A stretch of 64,000 nt of DNA from Candidatus Paceibacter sp. (lineage in GTDB: Bacteria > Patescibacteriota > Patescibacteriia > Magasanikbacterales > UBA922), in the NCBI GenBank assembly GCA_020725175.1, contig DYFM01000006.1:2190-66189 (forward strand), in the 5' to 3' direction. The stretch's first letter is position 1. The number at the start of each line of letters is the position of its first letter. The translations under genes and the position numbers were made by a program. The notes under the pieces are model-generated. The model saw only the letters and a list, made by a program, of their open reading frames with translations, made no database searches and was not told the origin of the DNA. This document shows positions 10,374 to 19,215 of this stretch, piece after piece.

Positions 10374-12083
10374 TTACATTTCCTCCACTGTCTCAATGGT
10401 AAGAAGCTGGAGTGCGCTTTGGAGTACGGTTTTGACAGCCGACGAAAGGCTTAGTCTGGCTTGTAATAGTGGCGTACTTGGCGCATTAAGAATACTATGG
10501 TTATTATAAAAATCATTGTAAGCTTGTGAAAGATCAAAACAGTAGCGAGCAATAACCGAAGGATTATATTGTTCCAGCGCTTTCCTGACTGTTTCTTCAT
10601 ACACCGCCAACATAAGGACCAAGGTTTTTTCTTCCGGTTCAGTGAGAGATGAATAATCAACCGAAGAATAGTCGATTACTAGTTCAGCTTTTCTCAGAAT
10701 ACTGTTGATTCGAGCAACCACATACAAGACATACGGGGCGCTGTACCCGTCAAAACTCACTGCTTCGTTGATATCAAAGGTGACTACTTTGGCGGCTTCG
10801 TGTTTTTGTAAGGTAAACTTGAGTACCGCAAGGGTTAATGACTTGGCTACTGACAGTATCTGTTCCTCACTCCAATCACCATGCCTCGATCGCGATTCTT
10901 CAAGCAGTCGATCGTAAATCTGATCACGAAGATCTTCATACAAAATCACATTCCCGGCTCGAGAAGACATCTTTCCACTCGGCAAGTTGATCAGTCCATA
11001 CCCGATATGCGTCAATTTTTTATCAAATCCCAACAATTCCAGAATTTTGTATAGTTGTTGAAAGTAAAAATTTTGTTCTGTACCGGTAATAACAATACTT
11101 TCGTCTACCGCGTATTTGGAAAATTTTTCTTCGGCTAACGGAAGGTCGCTCGTAAGGTACAGTCCGGTTCCGTCTGATTTTCGTACCAAGGCAATATTTA
11201 GATTGTATTGTTCCAAGTTGATGATAATAGCCCCTCGTTCTCCAACTTCAGCTATGCCTTTTTTTAACAACTCATCCACTATTTCCTGTCCTTTCTCCTT
11301 GATATCACTCTCATAAAATGTATTCACATGCTCTACTCCAAGCTCCTCAAACAGTTCAACAAATTTTTCAATACTCCACTGTCTGGTTTCCAAAAAAAGT
11401 GGCCAAATATCCGGATCTTTCGCTTCCAATTTCTTTTGAATTTCAGCTATTTCCTGTTTTGCATTCTCGTCATCTTTAGCTTTTTGACTTGCTTCAGCAT
11501 ACACATCGCCCAGCCATTTTTGTCGATTTCCTTCCGGTACAATCCCATCATGAAGCGCGAGAACACCCCAAAGACACCTTGCAACGTGAGCACCAAAATC
11601 ATTCAAATAATTTACCGGAATGACGGTATAGCCACTCTTGCGGTACAGTTGCACCAAGGTATTTCCAATACACACGTTTCGCAAATGACCTACATGAAAT
11701 TCTTTATGCGTATTGTTTGATGGATATTCGATCATGACGGATTTTCCAGTGCCTATAGCACTACTTCCATAATTCTCTTTCTGATGATGAATGTCCGTGA
11801 GCACCATGTTTGCGAGTGTTGATGTGTAAAAATAAAAATTGACATATGGTCCAAATACTTCCATTCTTTCAATGAAATCCAAAGTTCTCTGTGTATTTTC
11901 CAACTGCTCTTTGATAGAATTGGCAATATCATTTGGCTTCTTCCCTTGTTCTTTTGCCAGTTGAAAACATGGAAACGCAACATCACCCATTTCTGGCTTG
12001 GGAGGTGTGGTAAGTTCTATCTCTCCTGTGATACCGATTTCGTGGAGGAGTTCTTTTATCTGTTGATGGATATTGCTGATCAT
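10374..12083 (-). CDS. argS: arginine--tRNA ligase
   Basis: GDVAFPCF, FHVGHLRN (HIGH), KMSSRAG, DALR-type C-terminus. Confidence 0.97.
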   Translation of the reverse strand: MISNIHQQIKELLHEIGITGEIELTTPPKPEMGDVAFPCFQLAKEQGKKPNDIANSIKEQLENTQRTLDFIERMEVFGPYVNFYFYTSTLANMVLTDIHHQKENYGSSAIGTGKSVMIEYPSNNTHKEFHVGHLRNVCIGNTLVQLYRKSGYTVIPVNYLNDFGAHVARCLWGVLALHDGIVPEGNRQKWLGDVYAEASQKAKDDENAKQEIAEIQKKLEAKDPDIWPLFLETRQWSIEKFVELFEELGVEHVNTFYESDIKEKGQEIVDELLKKGIAEVGERGAIIINLEQYNLNIALVRKSDGTGLYLTSDLPLAEEKFSKYAVDESIVITGTEQNFYFQQLYKILELLGFDKKLTHIGYGLINLPSGKMSSRAGNVILYEDLRDQIYDRLLEESRSRHGDWSEEQILSVAKSLTLAVLKFTLQKHEAAKVVTFDINEAVSFDGYSAPYVLYVVARINSILRKAELVIDYSSVDYSSLTEPEEKTLVLMLAVYEETVRKALEQYNPSVIARYCFDLSQAYNDFYNNHSILNAPSTPLLQARLSLSSAVKTVLQSALQLLTIETVEEM

Positions 12084-12259
12084 ATTTTTTTGTTGGAACA
12101 CATTTATCTACCAAGCTAGTAAGTATGAAACACTATGATAATACATGAAATTTTCAAACCAATAGGACACAGATATACCATGATTTCCCAGATAAACCAC
12201 GATCTTGAATGATCCTGGATATCTTGGTACATCTGTGGACCAAATATGTTGACGAAGGT

Positions 12260-13606
12260 TTACACAATCCGTACAAAAAACCGCTTTCCTTTTTGCACGA
12301 CATCGCCCGCTTTTAACATCAAATCATACACGCTCACTTTCTCATCGTTCACTTTTACACCACCACCATCAATATTTCGTCGGGCATCGCCATTACTACT
12401 TACAAATCCAGCTTCTACCAGCACCGTTACAATATCATACGCGGTCGGTTGGAGCTCAGGAATTTCTTCCGGTCGATCTTGATTTTGAATCACAGTGCGG
12501 AAATGTTCTTGACCTTTTGTAGCAGCGTCTCCACCTAAAAACGTTTTGGTGACTTCATACGCCAACCGAAGCTTGGCATCGCGCGGATTTTGCCCTTCTA
12601 CAATCTCTTTTTCAATCTGCTTCACCTCTTCCATCGGTACATGGGTACACAGCTCAAACCCAATCCCAATCATTTCATCCGGCCAACGCATAACTTTTCC
12701 AAACATATCTTCCGGACTATCAGATAGTGCCACCATATTTCCTTCACTTTTACTCATTTTCTTTCCGGTGGTCGCATCCACCAGAAGCTTGGTGGTTAAG
12801 ACAAACTTTTCTTTGTTCTTGAGACTCTTCATGAGATCTCGTCCGGCCAGCATGTTGAACGTTTGATCATTGCCACCCACTTCTCCGCTAACATCCATAG
12901 CAACAGAATCGTAGCCCTGCATAAGTGGGTAAAAGAATTCGTGAAGGTGAATTGGTTTTGTCGGATTAATATCTTTTTTATTAAAAACAGTAGTCCTCTT
13001 ACAATTGGAACAACAAAGCTCGAACTTTAATTCTTCTGAAGCCGCCCTTAAGCTCTTATCATTTAACAAACCAGGTACCCTTACGTCTACTTGTTGTTTA
13101 CAGTCAGGACAAGTAACTGTTAATGCCATCCTCTTTTCAAACATATCTCGCTCCAACATGCGTTGCACCGTAAAATGTGAAGCAAGCTCAATAACATCAG
13201 CAAAGGAGAGTTTTGCCAGCCATTCACTATTATATTTAATTTCCACTGGATTTTCACCCTCAAAATTTAATATCGCTTTGGCTTGATCCGCATACCCTTT
13301 GGCATTTTCAAGCACTTGCTCACGAGTCAACTTTTGCCGAGCCGCAGATTTATCAGTCGGATCACCAATCATACCTGTAAAATCTCCGATCAACATGATG
13401 ATTTTATGTCCTAAATCCTGAAACTGACGAAGTTTTACCATCGTAATACCATGACCAATATGAAGTGTTGGCGCGGTAGGGTCGTACCCAGTGTAAATAG
13501 TGAGTTGTTTTCCGGACTGCAATTCTTTTTCTAGAAACTCCGCTGATGGATAGATATTTTCTACGCCTCGAGTGAGTAGCTCGGTGACTTGTTGTTCGAT
13601 TATCAT
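12260..13606 (-). CDS. tyrS: tyrosine--tRNA ligase with a CxxC...CxxC insertion
   Basis: GYDPTAPTLHIGH, YPLMQGYD, GGNDQ, KMSKS, C-terminal S4 domain. Confidence 0.97.
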   Translation of the reverse strand: MIIEQQVTELLTRGVENIYPSAEFLEKELQSGKQLTIYTGYDPTAPTLHIGHGITMVKLRQFQDLGHKIIMLIGDFTGMIGDPTDKSAARQKLTREQVLENAKGYADQAKAILNFEGENPVEIKYNSEWLAKLSFADVIELASHFTVQRMLERDMFEKRMALTVTCPDCKQQVDVRVPGLLNDKSLRAASEELKFELCCSNCKRTTVFNKKDINPTKPIHLHEFFYPLMQGYDSVAMDVSGEVGGNDQTFNMLAGRDLMKSLKNKEKFVLTTKLLVDATTGKKMSKSEGNMVALSDSPEDMFGKVMRWPDEMIGIGFELCTHVPMEEVKQIEKEIVEGQNPRDAKLRLAYEVTKTFLGGDAATKGQEHFRTVIQNQDRPEEIPELQPTAYDIVTVLVEAGFVSSNGDARRNIDGGGVKVNDEKVSVYDLMLKAGDVVQKGKRFFVRIV

Positions 13607-13628
13607 AATTTTTCTGTTATGCAATTTA

Positions 13629-14681
13629 TTATTGTACAATTGGCAATCTTATTTCAAAAATTGTATTCATACTATTTAGTAAATCCGTTTTAAAAGTACT
13701 TCTACTCGTATTTGAAAAACGAGATAAATTACCTGTTCCTGGTTCTTTAGAAATCACAATTAATTCAACACCCATTGAGGCAAAACGTTTGTCGCTGTTG
13801 GCTAGACCTAAGCCAGTACTCTTCGTGGCTGATACACCTGATGCAAATATATATTTATCTGAACCACTATCCAGCTGCTCTTCACTGATTCCAATCCCAT
13901 TGTCACAAACTCTAATCACCAATTTATCTTCTTCAATTATGGCATCAATTTCAATAAAGTCTGCTTTTATATCATCTTTAAATGCATTACGCAACATATT
14001 TAGAACACCGTTCAGTACAGCCCCTAAATTTCCTCTCACTCTCCTACCACCCAACTGACTTTTCAATTGATCAAAATTTATATTGTTTATAAATTGCTTA
14101 TTTTCGATTTTTTGACATGGACTAACTTTCGCAGCAGCATTTTTTTGTTTATCTATTTTTTCTTTAAATGAAACAAGCTCAAAATTAGTGAAGTAATCTA
14201 ATATATATTTTAACATGTCAAGATCAAAGTTCTGACAATATTTTTCATCAATAGTATCTGATGCCAAAACTTTCAAAGCAGTATCTTCAGTGGCGCAGTA
14301 GAATCGTGGCCAAAAAAGCAAAAAAGAGTTTATAACTGCTTCCCTACTATTAGAAGTCTGACGTGTTCCGTTTCGGTCACTGGTATTAAGGCTTTCAAGA
14401 GTAAATATAACTATTGTTGCAATATTTCCTAAATCATGACTTATATATCTCTTGAACTCCGGAAATGTATTACTTTCACGAAAAAAATTTACAATACTGG
14501 TTACTATTTTTTTCGATATGCTACTCATATTACCACCCTTAATATCTTCTATGTGTGAGAAAATCGTATACAGTGAACCAAGGCATTCTATCGTAATTTT
14601 AAGAAACCTATCTTTTTCTCTTTCGTACTTATTCCTCCTAGTGTCAGGAATACGCGTGTGTGAAGATTTATCAATAGACAT
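13629..14681 (-). CDS. soluble histidine kinase-like / HATPase_c protein
   Basis: ISHDLGN (H-box-like), NMLRNA (N box), DNGIGI (G1), TGLGL (G2). Confidence 0.75.
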   Translation of the reverse strand: MSIDKSSHTRIPDTRRNKYEREKDRFLKITIECLGSLYTIFSHIEDIKGGNMSSISKKIVTSIVNFFRESNTFPEFKRYISHDLGNIATIVIFTLESLNTSDRNGTRQTSNSREAVINSFLLFWPRFYCATEDTALKVLASDTIDEKYCQNFDLDMLKYILDYFTNFELVSFKEKIDKQKNAAAKVSPCQKIENKQFINNINFDQLKSQLGGRRVRGNLGAVLNGVLNMLRNAFKDDIKADFIEIDAIIEEDKLVIRVCDNGIGISEEQLDSGSDKYIFASGVSATKSTGLGLANSDKRFASMGVELIVISKEPGTGNLSRFSNTSRSTFKTDLLNSMNTIFEIRLPIVQ

Positions 14682-14698
14682 ATGATATTACAATAAAA

Positions 14699-15166
14699 TT
14701 AACACCTCTGCGCCTTAATACTCACTGCTTTAATTTCCCCCACTTCCACCGCAAAATACTCAATCGTCTCCACATCATCCGGTCCCACCTGTTGCTCATA
14801 TGTCTGTGGAACGAGCTTGATCACCACATCAACAAAAATCTCAGGAGTTCCCATGACACACGATGGCATTGATCCTGCTGTCAAAATTTTGATAGTATAT
14901 TCTGATGAGATATAAAGCGGTTTACCATCTACTGTTACCCGCGTCCTTTGTGGTGCTGATAAAACTGTCTCACCAAATCCCCCTACACGTCCATAAGACA
15001 TATAAAACTGAACGGACTGTGGTTCTGTACTGTTTACTATCTGATACGTTTCTCCTTTTAACTCCTGCAAAGAATCCATATTTTCTACATAAGATTGTTG
15101 GACCTTAGGCTGAGTACAACCTGCGCCAAGCAAAATAAAAAAACCAAAAAGGAAAAAATAATGCAC
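14699..15166 (-). CDS. putative lipoprotein
   Basis: hydrophobic N-terminus with LLGAGC lipobox. Confidence 0.7.
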   Translation of the reverse strand: MHYFFLFGFFILLGAGCTQPKVQQSYVENMDSLQELKGETYQIVNSTEPQSVQFYMSYGRVGGFGETVLSAPQRTRVTVDGKPLYISSEYTIKILTAGSMPSCVMGTPEIFVDVVIKLVPQTYEQQVGPDDVETIEYFAVEVGEIKAVSIKAQRC

Positions 15167-15174
15167 AAGAAAGA

Positions 15175-17925
15175 TTATTTAGTTAATACACCCAGTTGCT
15201 CTTGAAGTTTTTTTAACTTCTCTCTCGCCTCTTCAAGTTTTTTCTTCTCGCCCTCCACCACTGCCGCCGGAGCATTGTTGACAAACTCATCATTCGCTAA
15301 TTTCTTTTCAAGAGAAATAACATAAGGCTCAATTAGTGCAATCTCTTTTTGAATTCGCTCTTTTTCTTTTTCAAGGTCAACACTTCCTGATAAATCCATA
15401 AACACCTCCACCTCCGATTCTATAAATCCAACGGCTCCATCTGGTTTGGCGATTGTTTTCTCAATTGTACAGTTCTCGAGACGTGCCATTCCTTTGAGTA
15501 TCTCAACATTTTTCTGTAGCAGTTCTATTTGCTTACCAGCACTTATGGTAACAGCAACTTTTTTCGCCGGTTCAATGTTATATTCTGAACGAAGATTTCG
15601 AACACCTGTAACAATACGCTTCATGAGTTCAAACTGTTCTTCTGTCCCTATAACGTCTTCACTCCTTTGAATAGTCGGCCATGGCGCAACCATAAGTAAT
15701 TGTTCTTCACCATACACCTCTTGCCAAATCGCTTCAGTCACAAACGGCGTATACGGATGCCACAATTTCAAGAGGGTATTCAGTATATAATTCAACACTT
15801 CTGCTTTGCCACCCTCAATCTTCGCGATTTCCAAATACCAGTCAGCCAAATCATTCCACGTAAAATCACGCAACGATTCAGCCGCATACGAAAAATCAAA
15901 TGAATCCAAATTCTTTGTAACACCTGTAACCAACGTATCAAGTTTTTTTAATATCCATTGATCAGCTAGTGTTTTTGCTTCCGGTCGAACTTGGTCCCCG
16001 CCTCTTCGGCGGACAGGCTTGTTCATTGTTCCTTGTTCCTTGTCCACGGTCATCAACATAAACCGACTCATATTCCAAAGCTTGTTTACTAAATTTCTTC
16101 CAGCCTCAACTTTTTCCATGTAAAACCGAGAATCATTTCCTGGAGCTACCCCAACCATCAGACTAAATCGAAGAGCATCTGTTCCATATTCTTTAATAAC
16201 ATCAAGTGGATCAATACCATTTTTTAGTGACTTGGAAAATTTCCTCCCATCTTTGTCACGAAGTATACCGTGTACATACGCATCTTTAAAGGGAATATCA
16301 TTAAATAAGTAAGCCGAAAACAAGATCATGCGAGCCATCCAGAGAGAAACAATTTCATAGCCCATTTGCATCCATGAAGTCGGAAAAAAAGTCTTGAAGT
16401 CTTTGTGCTCAGGTCCTCCCAATGTTGCAAATGGCCACATACCCGAAGAAAACCAGGTATCGAGCGTATCTTCGTCTTGGGCAATGTTTCCACCACATTC
16501 AGGACAAGCTTTCAATTTCTCAGATGTAACAACATATTGGCAAGTTGTTCCTTGTTCCTTGTTCTTTGCTCCTTGACAATACCACACCGGAACTCTGTGC
16601 CCCCACCAGATCTGCCGACTAATACACCAATCATACAGATTATCAACCCACGCAAGATAACTTTTCTCAAACCGCTCCGGATTGACAATCGTTTTCTTTT
16701 TCGCATTTCCATCTAGACCTATTGTTACCGCCTCTCGCATCAACTCTTTGAGCGACTTTCCTCGACCAGGGATTTCTTTATTTACATCCACAAACCATTG
16801 AGTCATAGGAATAGACTCAATAATATCACCAAATCGGTCAGATGTTGCCACACTCTGATCAATTTCCTGTTCCTCAATCAACAATCCCTCAGCTCGCAAC
16901 CAATCTACTACCTGCTCTCGAGCTTCTTCAACAGTTTTCCCTTCATACTTTGTACCAGCTTCTTTGGTCATAAGACCATCTTTTCCTATTACCTGAATCA
17001 AACCAATATCATTGCCCAACGCTTTCTGTTTCAAGTACATTTCAAAATCAATTGGACTATGAGCCGTTGTTACTCCCAACGCCCCCGTCCCAAAACTATC
17101 ATCAACATTTTCATCCGCGATAATTTTCAAACGTAATGTATGTCCAGCTTGCCCAAAGTTCTCAATCACGAATTCTTGACCTACATACTCTTTCCATCTT
17201 CCTTCCGGATGAACTGCTACTGCAGTATCACCAAGCTTTGTTTCGGGTCGAGTGGTTGCAATAGGAATCGGAAAACTCTCAGAATATTTAAAAGTATACA
17301 ACTTTGACTTGCGTTCAATATAAGCCAACTCATCATCACTCGAAGTTGACTGTCCTTTTACCGACCAATTTACAACTCGATATCCGCGATAAATCAATCC
17401 ATCGTCGTACATTTTCTTAAAGACTATATTAACAATTTTTGATCTCTCCTCATCAAATGTATACGCCAACCGTGACCAATCCGCACTGGTTCCCATTTTT
17501 TTAATCTGACTGAGAATAGTTGTTTTTGACTGTTCAGCATACTCACGAATCTTTTCGAGCAACCCTTCACGACCCAATTCCAGTCGAGGATTTTTCATAC
17601 CAGCCTCAACCAAATTTTTTTCCACCCGAGCCTGAGTTGCAACAGCCGCATGGTCAGTTCCGGGAAGTAGCAACACTTTTTTTCCATTCATTCGTTGATA
17701 CCGCGCCATCACATCCATAAGTGTGTTTTCTAGCGCATGTCCGAGATGAAGCACACCGGTCACATTTGGTGGTGGCATCATGATACTGTATGGCTCCCGA
17801 GAATCCGGATTATCCACCCAAGGCGGACACGCCTCGGGCGTGAAATATCCACTATCTTCCCAGCGTTTGTAGATAGCATCTTCGTATTGTTGTGGTTCGT
17901 AGGCTTTAGGGAGTTCTTTATTCAT
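15175..17925 (-). CDS. valS: valine--tRNA ligase
   Basis: PPPNVTGVLHLGHA, WCISRQIWWGHR, KFSKS, C-terminal coiled coil. Confidence 0.97.
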   Translation of the reverse strand: MNKELPKAYEPQQYEDAIYKRWEDSGYFTPEACPPWVDNPDSREPYSIMMPPPNVTGVLHLGHALENTLMDVMARYQRMNGKKVLLLPGTDHAAVATQARVEKNLVEAGMKNPRLELGREGLLEKIREYAEQSKTTILSQIKKMGTSADWSRLAYTFDEERSKIVNIVFKKMYDDGLIYRGYRVVNWSVKGQSTSSDDELAYIERKSKLYTFKYSESFPIPIATTRPETKLGDTAVAVHPEGRWKEYVGQEFVIENFGQAGHTLRLKIIADENVDDSFGTGALGVTTAHSPIDFEMYLKQKALGNDIGLIQVIGKDGLMTKEAGTKYEGKTVEEAREQVVDWLRAEGLLIEEQEIDQSVATSDRFGDIIESIPMTQWFVDVNKEIPGRGKSLKELMREAVTIGLDGNAKKKTIVNPERFEKSYLAWVDNLYDWCISRQIWWGHRVPVWYCQGAKNKEQGTTCQYVVTSEKLKACPECGGNIAQDEDTLDTWFSSGMWPFATLGGPEHKDFKTFFPTSWMQMGYEIVSLWMARMILFSAYLFNDIPFKDAYVHGILRDKDGRKFSKSLKNGIDPLDVIKEYGTDALRFSLMVGVAPGNDSRFYMEKVEAGRNLVNKLWNMSRFMLMTVDKEQGTMNKPVRRRGGDQVRPEAKTLADQWILKKLDTLVTGVTKNLDSFDFSYAAESLRDFTWNDLADWYLEIAKIEGGKAEVLNYILNTLLKLWHPYTPFVTEAIWQEVYGEEQLLMVAPWPTIQRSEDVIGTEEQFELMKRIVTGVRNLRSEYNIEPAKKVAVTISAGKQIELLQKNVEILKGMARLENCTIEKTIAKPDGAVGFIESEVEVFMDLSGSVDLEKEKERIQKEIALIEPYVISLEKKLANDEFVNNAPAAVVEGEKKKLEEAREKLKKLQEQLGVLTK

Positions 17926-17969
17926 ATAGCATTGATTACACAGATTTGGAATTGATTACACTGAGTTGT

Positions 17970-18233
17970 TTACTTTTTCTTATTTTCAATCCATTTCTTT
18001 TTTACAAATGGAAATGTGAGTGTGGAAATAAAAAAACCGAGTGATGGAACGATGGCATTTATCCAAGGACGACCAATATCGACTGAATAAAGAAACAAAA
18101 CAACCACAAAATATGTCAAAACCACAATCAGTACTTTTCTCACCAAACTTGTCTCCCAAGCCTTTTCAGCTTCGACCCGAGTATTTCTTGCCTCAATCTT
18201 ACTAATTCGTTGTGCCAGTTCTTCACTTATCAT
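17970..18233 (-). CDS. small two-TM hypothetical protein
   Basis: 87-aa ORF, RN.RVE..KAWETS followed by two TM helices. Confidence 0.7.
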   Translation of the reverse strand: MISEELAQRISKIEARNTRVEAEKAWETSLVRKVLIVVLTYFVVVLFLYSVDIGRPWINAIVPSLGFFISTLTFPFVKKKWIENKKK

Positions 18234-18288
18234 ATGGATACAGTTTACTGTTATTTAGCGAAAAAATCAAGCGTTACTGATAATTACT

Positions 18289-18457
18289 TTACGGATTACG
18301 GATAATACGGAGTGACGGATATTGTGTTGATTTAGAAAAAGTGAAATAAAGAAATAACAAAACAATTGACTATGAACAATTTACAACTATCTATTGTTTC
18401 GTTATTTCTTTTTTTCAGTCAAAGTATCCGTACCTCCGTATTATCCGTAATCCGTAA
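18289..18457. repeat. long inverted repeat (24-bp perfect arms of acggat-type units) enclosing a second gaaataa-type fold-back
   Basis: ttacggattacggataatacggag (18289) / ctccgtattatccgtaatccgtaa (18434-18457). Confidence 0.85.
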
Positions 18458-18471
18458 CATATCCGTAATAC

Positions 18472-18590
18472 AAACAAAATACCCGCCTCTGAGGGCGAGC
18501 TTCATGTATTTCAATGAAAATACCGCGTCCTCAGGAGGAAACAAACACGACCACCACGCGGCGATATGCATTTGAGCGAGCATTATTCAT
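18472..18590 (-). promoter_or_regulatory. Val-rich leader peptide MNNARSNAYRRVVVVFVSS (18531-18590) with attenuator and terminator
   Basis: 5 Val codons (4 consecutive); alternative pairings and CTCGCC-CTCAGA-GGCGGG-TATTTTGTTT terminator upstream of valS. Confidence 0.8.
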
Positions 18591-18671
18591 ATGTACCTAT
18601 CTAACCAAATTCATCTTCTTCTGTCAATGAAAATTATTGTACTTATCCCCAACCGTCAAACAAATTTACCC

Positions 18672-18700
18672 TTGACGACAAGTAGATTCCTCCTTATACT
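18672..18700 (+). promoter_or_regulatory. sigma70-type promoter TTGACG-17-TATACT
   Basis: near-consensus boxes with a 17-bp spacer. Confidence 0.75.
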
Positions 18701-18705
18701 GATTG

Positions 18706-19048
18706 CGGCTCGTGAACTGCCTTGAGACACTATTGTTTCGGCAGCAGTGTTGGACCGAACGACTGAGTGGAACCTAACCACTTAGGACAGTCGGCCCAAC
18801 CTCGTCCACCCGGTGCACGTCGTACCGATGCGGACATTTCTCGGGTCGAAAAAGGAGAAAACCATGTGTATTATCATGGTTTTCCTCTACTACGCCCTCA
18901 AGGGGCGTTAGTGGAGGCACGGACCAGCAGCGGAGGTTCGCCGGCAACGGCAGAACCTCCGCTGTCACGGTCCGTGAAGCGGACTTTTATTTCTAAAAGT
19001 ACGCAAGGATACCTTCATCATTTGAGAAATCCGCACTAGCGGTTTTTT
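18706..19048 (+). ncRNA. candidate structured RNA (family unknown) containing a 15-codon ORF at 18864-18911
   Basis: bounded by a promoter and the terminator aaatccgc-acta-gcggtttttt; multiple strong hairpins. Confidence 0.55.
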
Positions 19049-19066
19049 GCTTTATAGAGAGAAAAA

Positions 19067-19154
19067 TTATCCACATTTTGCATATTTCTCTCAGTTGACA
19101 GAAACCTGACTACATGATACACTCTGTTATCCCCTAGAAGAACTGTGGGATAAT
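19067..19154 (+). promoter_or_regulatory. promoter TTGACA-17-TACACT (19095-19123) flanked by DnaA-box-like 9-mers
   Basis: TTATCCACA at 19067; ttatcccct at ~19127; tgtgggataa at ~19145. Confidence 0.6.
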
Positions 19155-19215
19155 TTTGCTAAAAAAACATATTTTTTCTTTTGCTTGTCTTAGAACGAAA
19201 CGGTAAACAACCACC

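Noticed and set aside
12958-13127. Intein or intron in tyrS
   Set aside because: The frame is open, the insert is too short, and splice-junction residues are absent.
18767-19039. 90-aa and 64-aa ORFs in the structured region
   Set aside because: No RBS or recognisable motif; the dense hairpins are better explained as RNA structure.
19060-19160. Replication origin
   Set aside because: Only one perfect DnaA box, no dnaA/dnaN nearby, and skew cannot be evaluated from one window.
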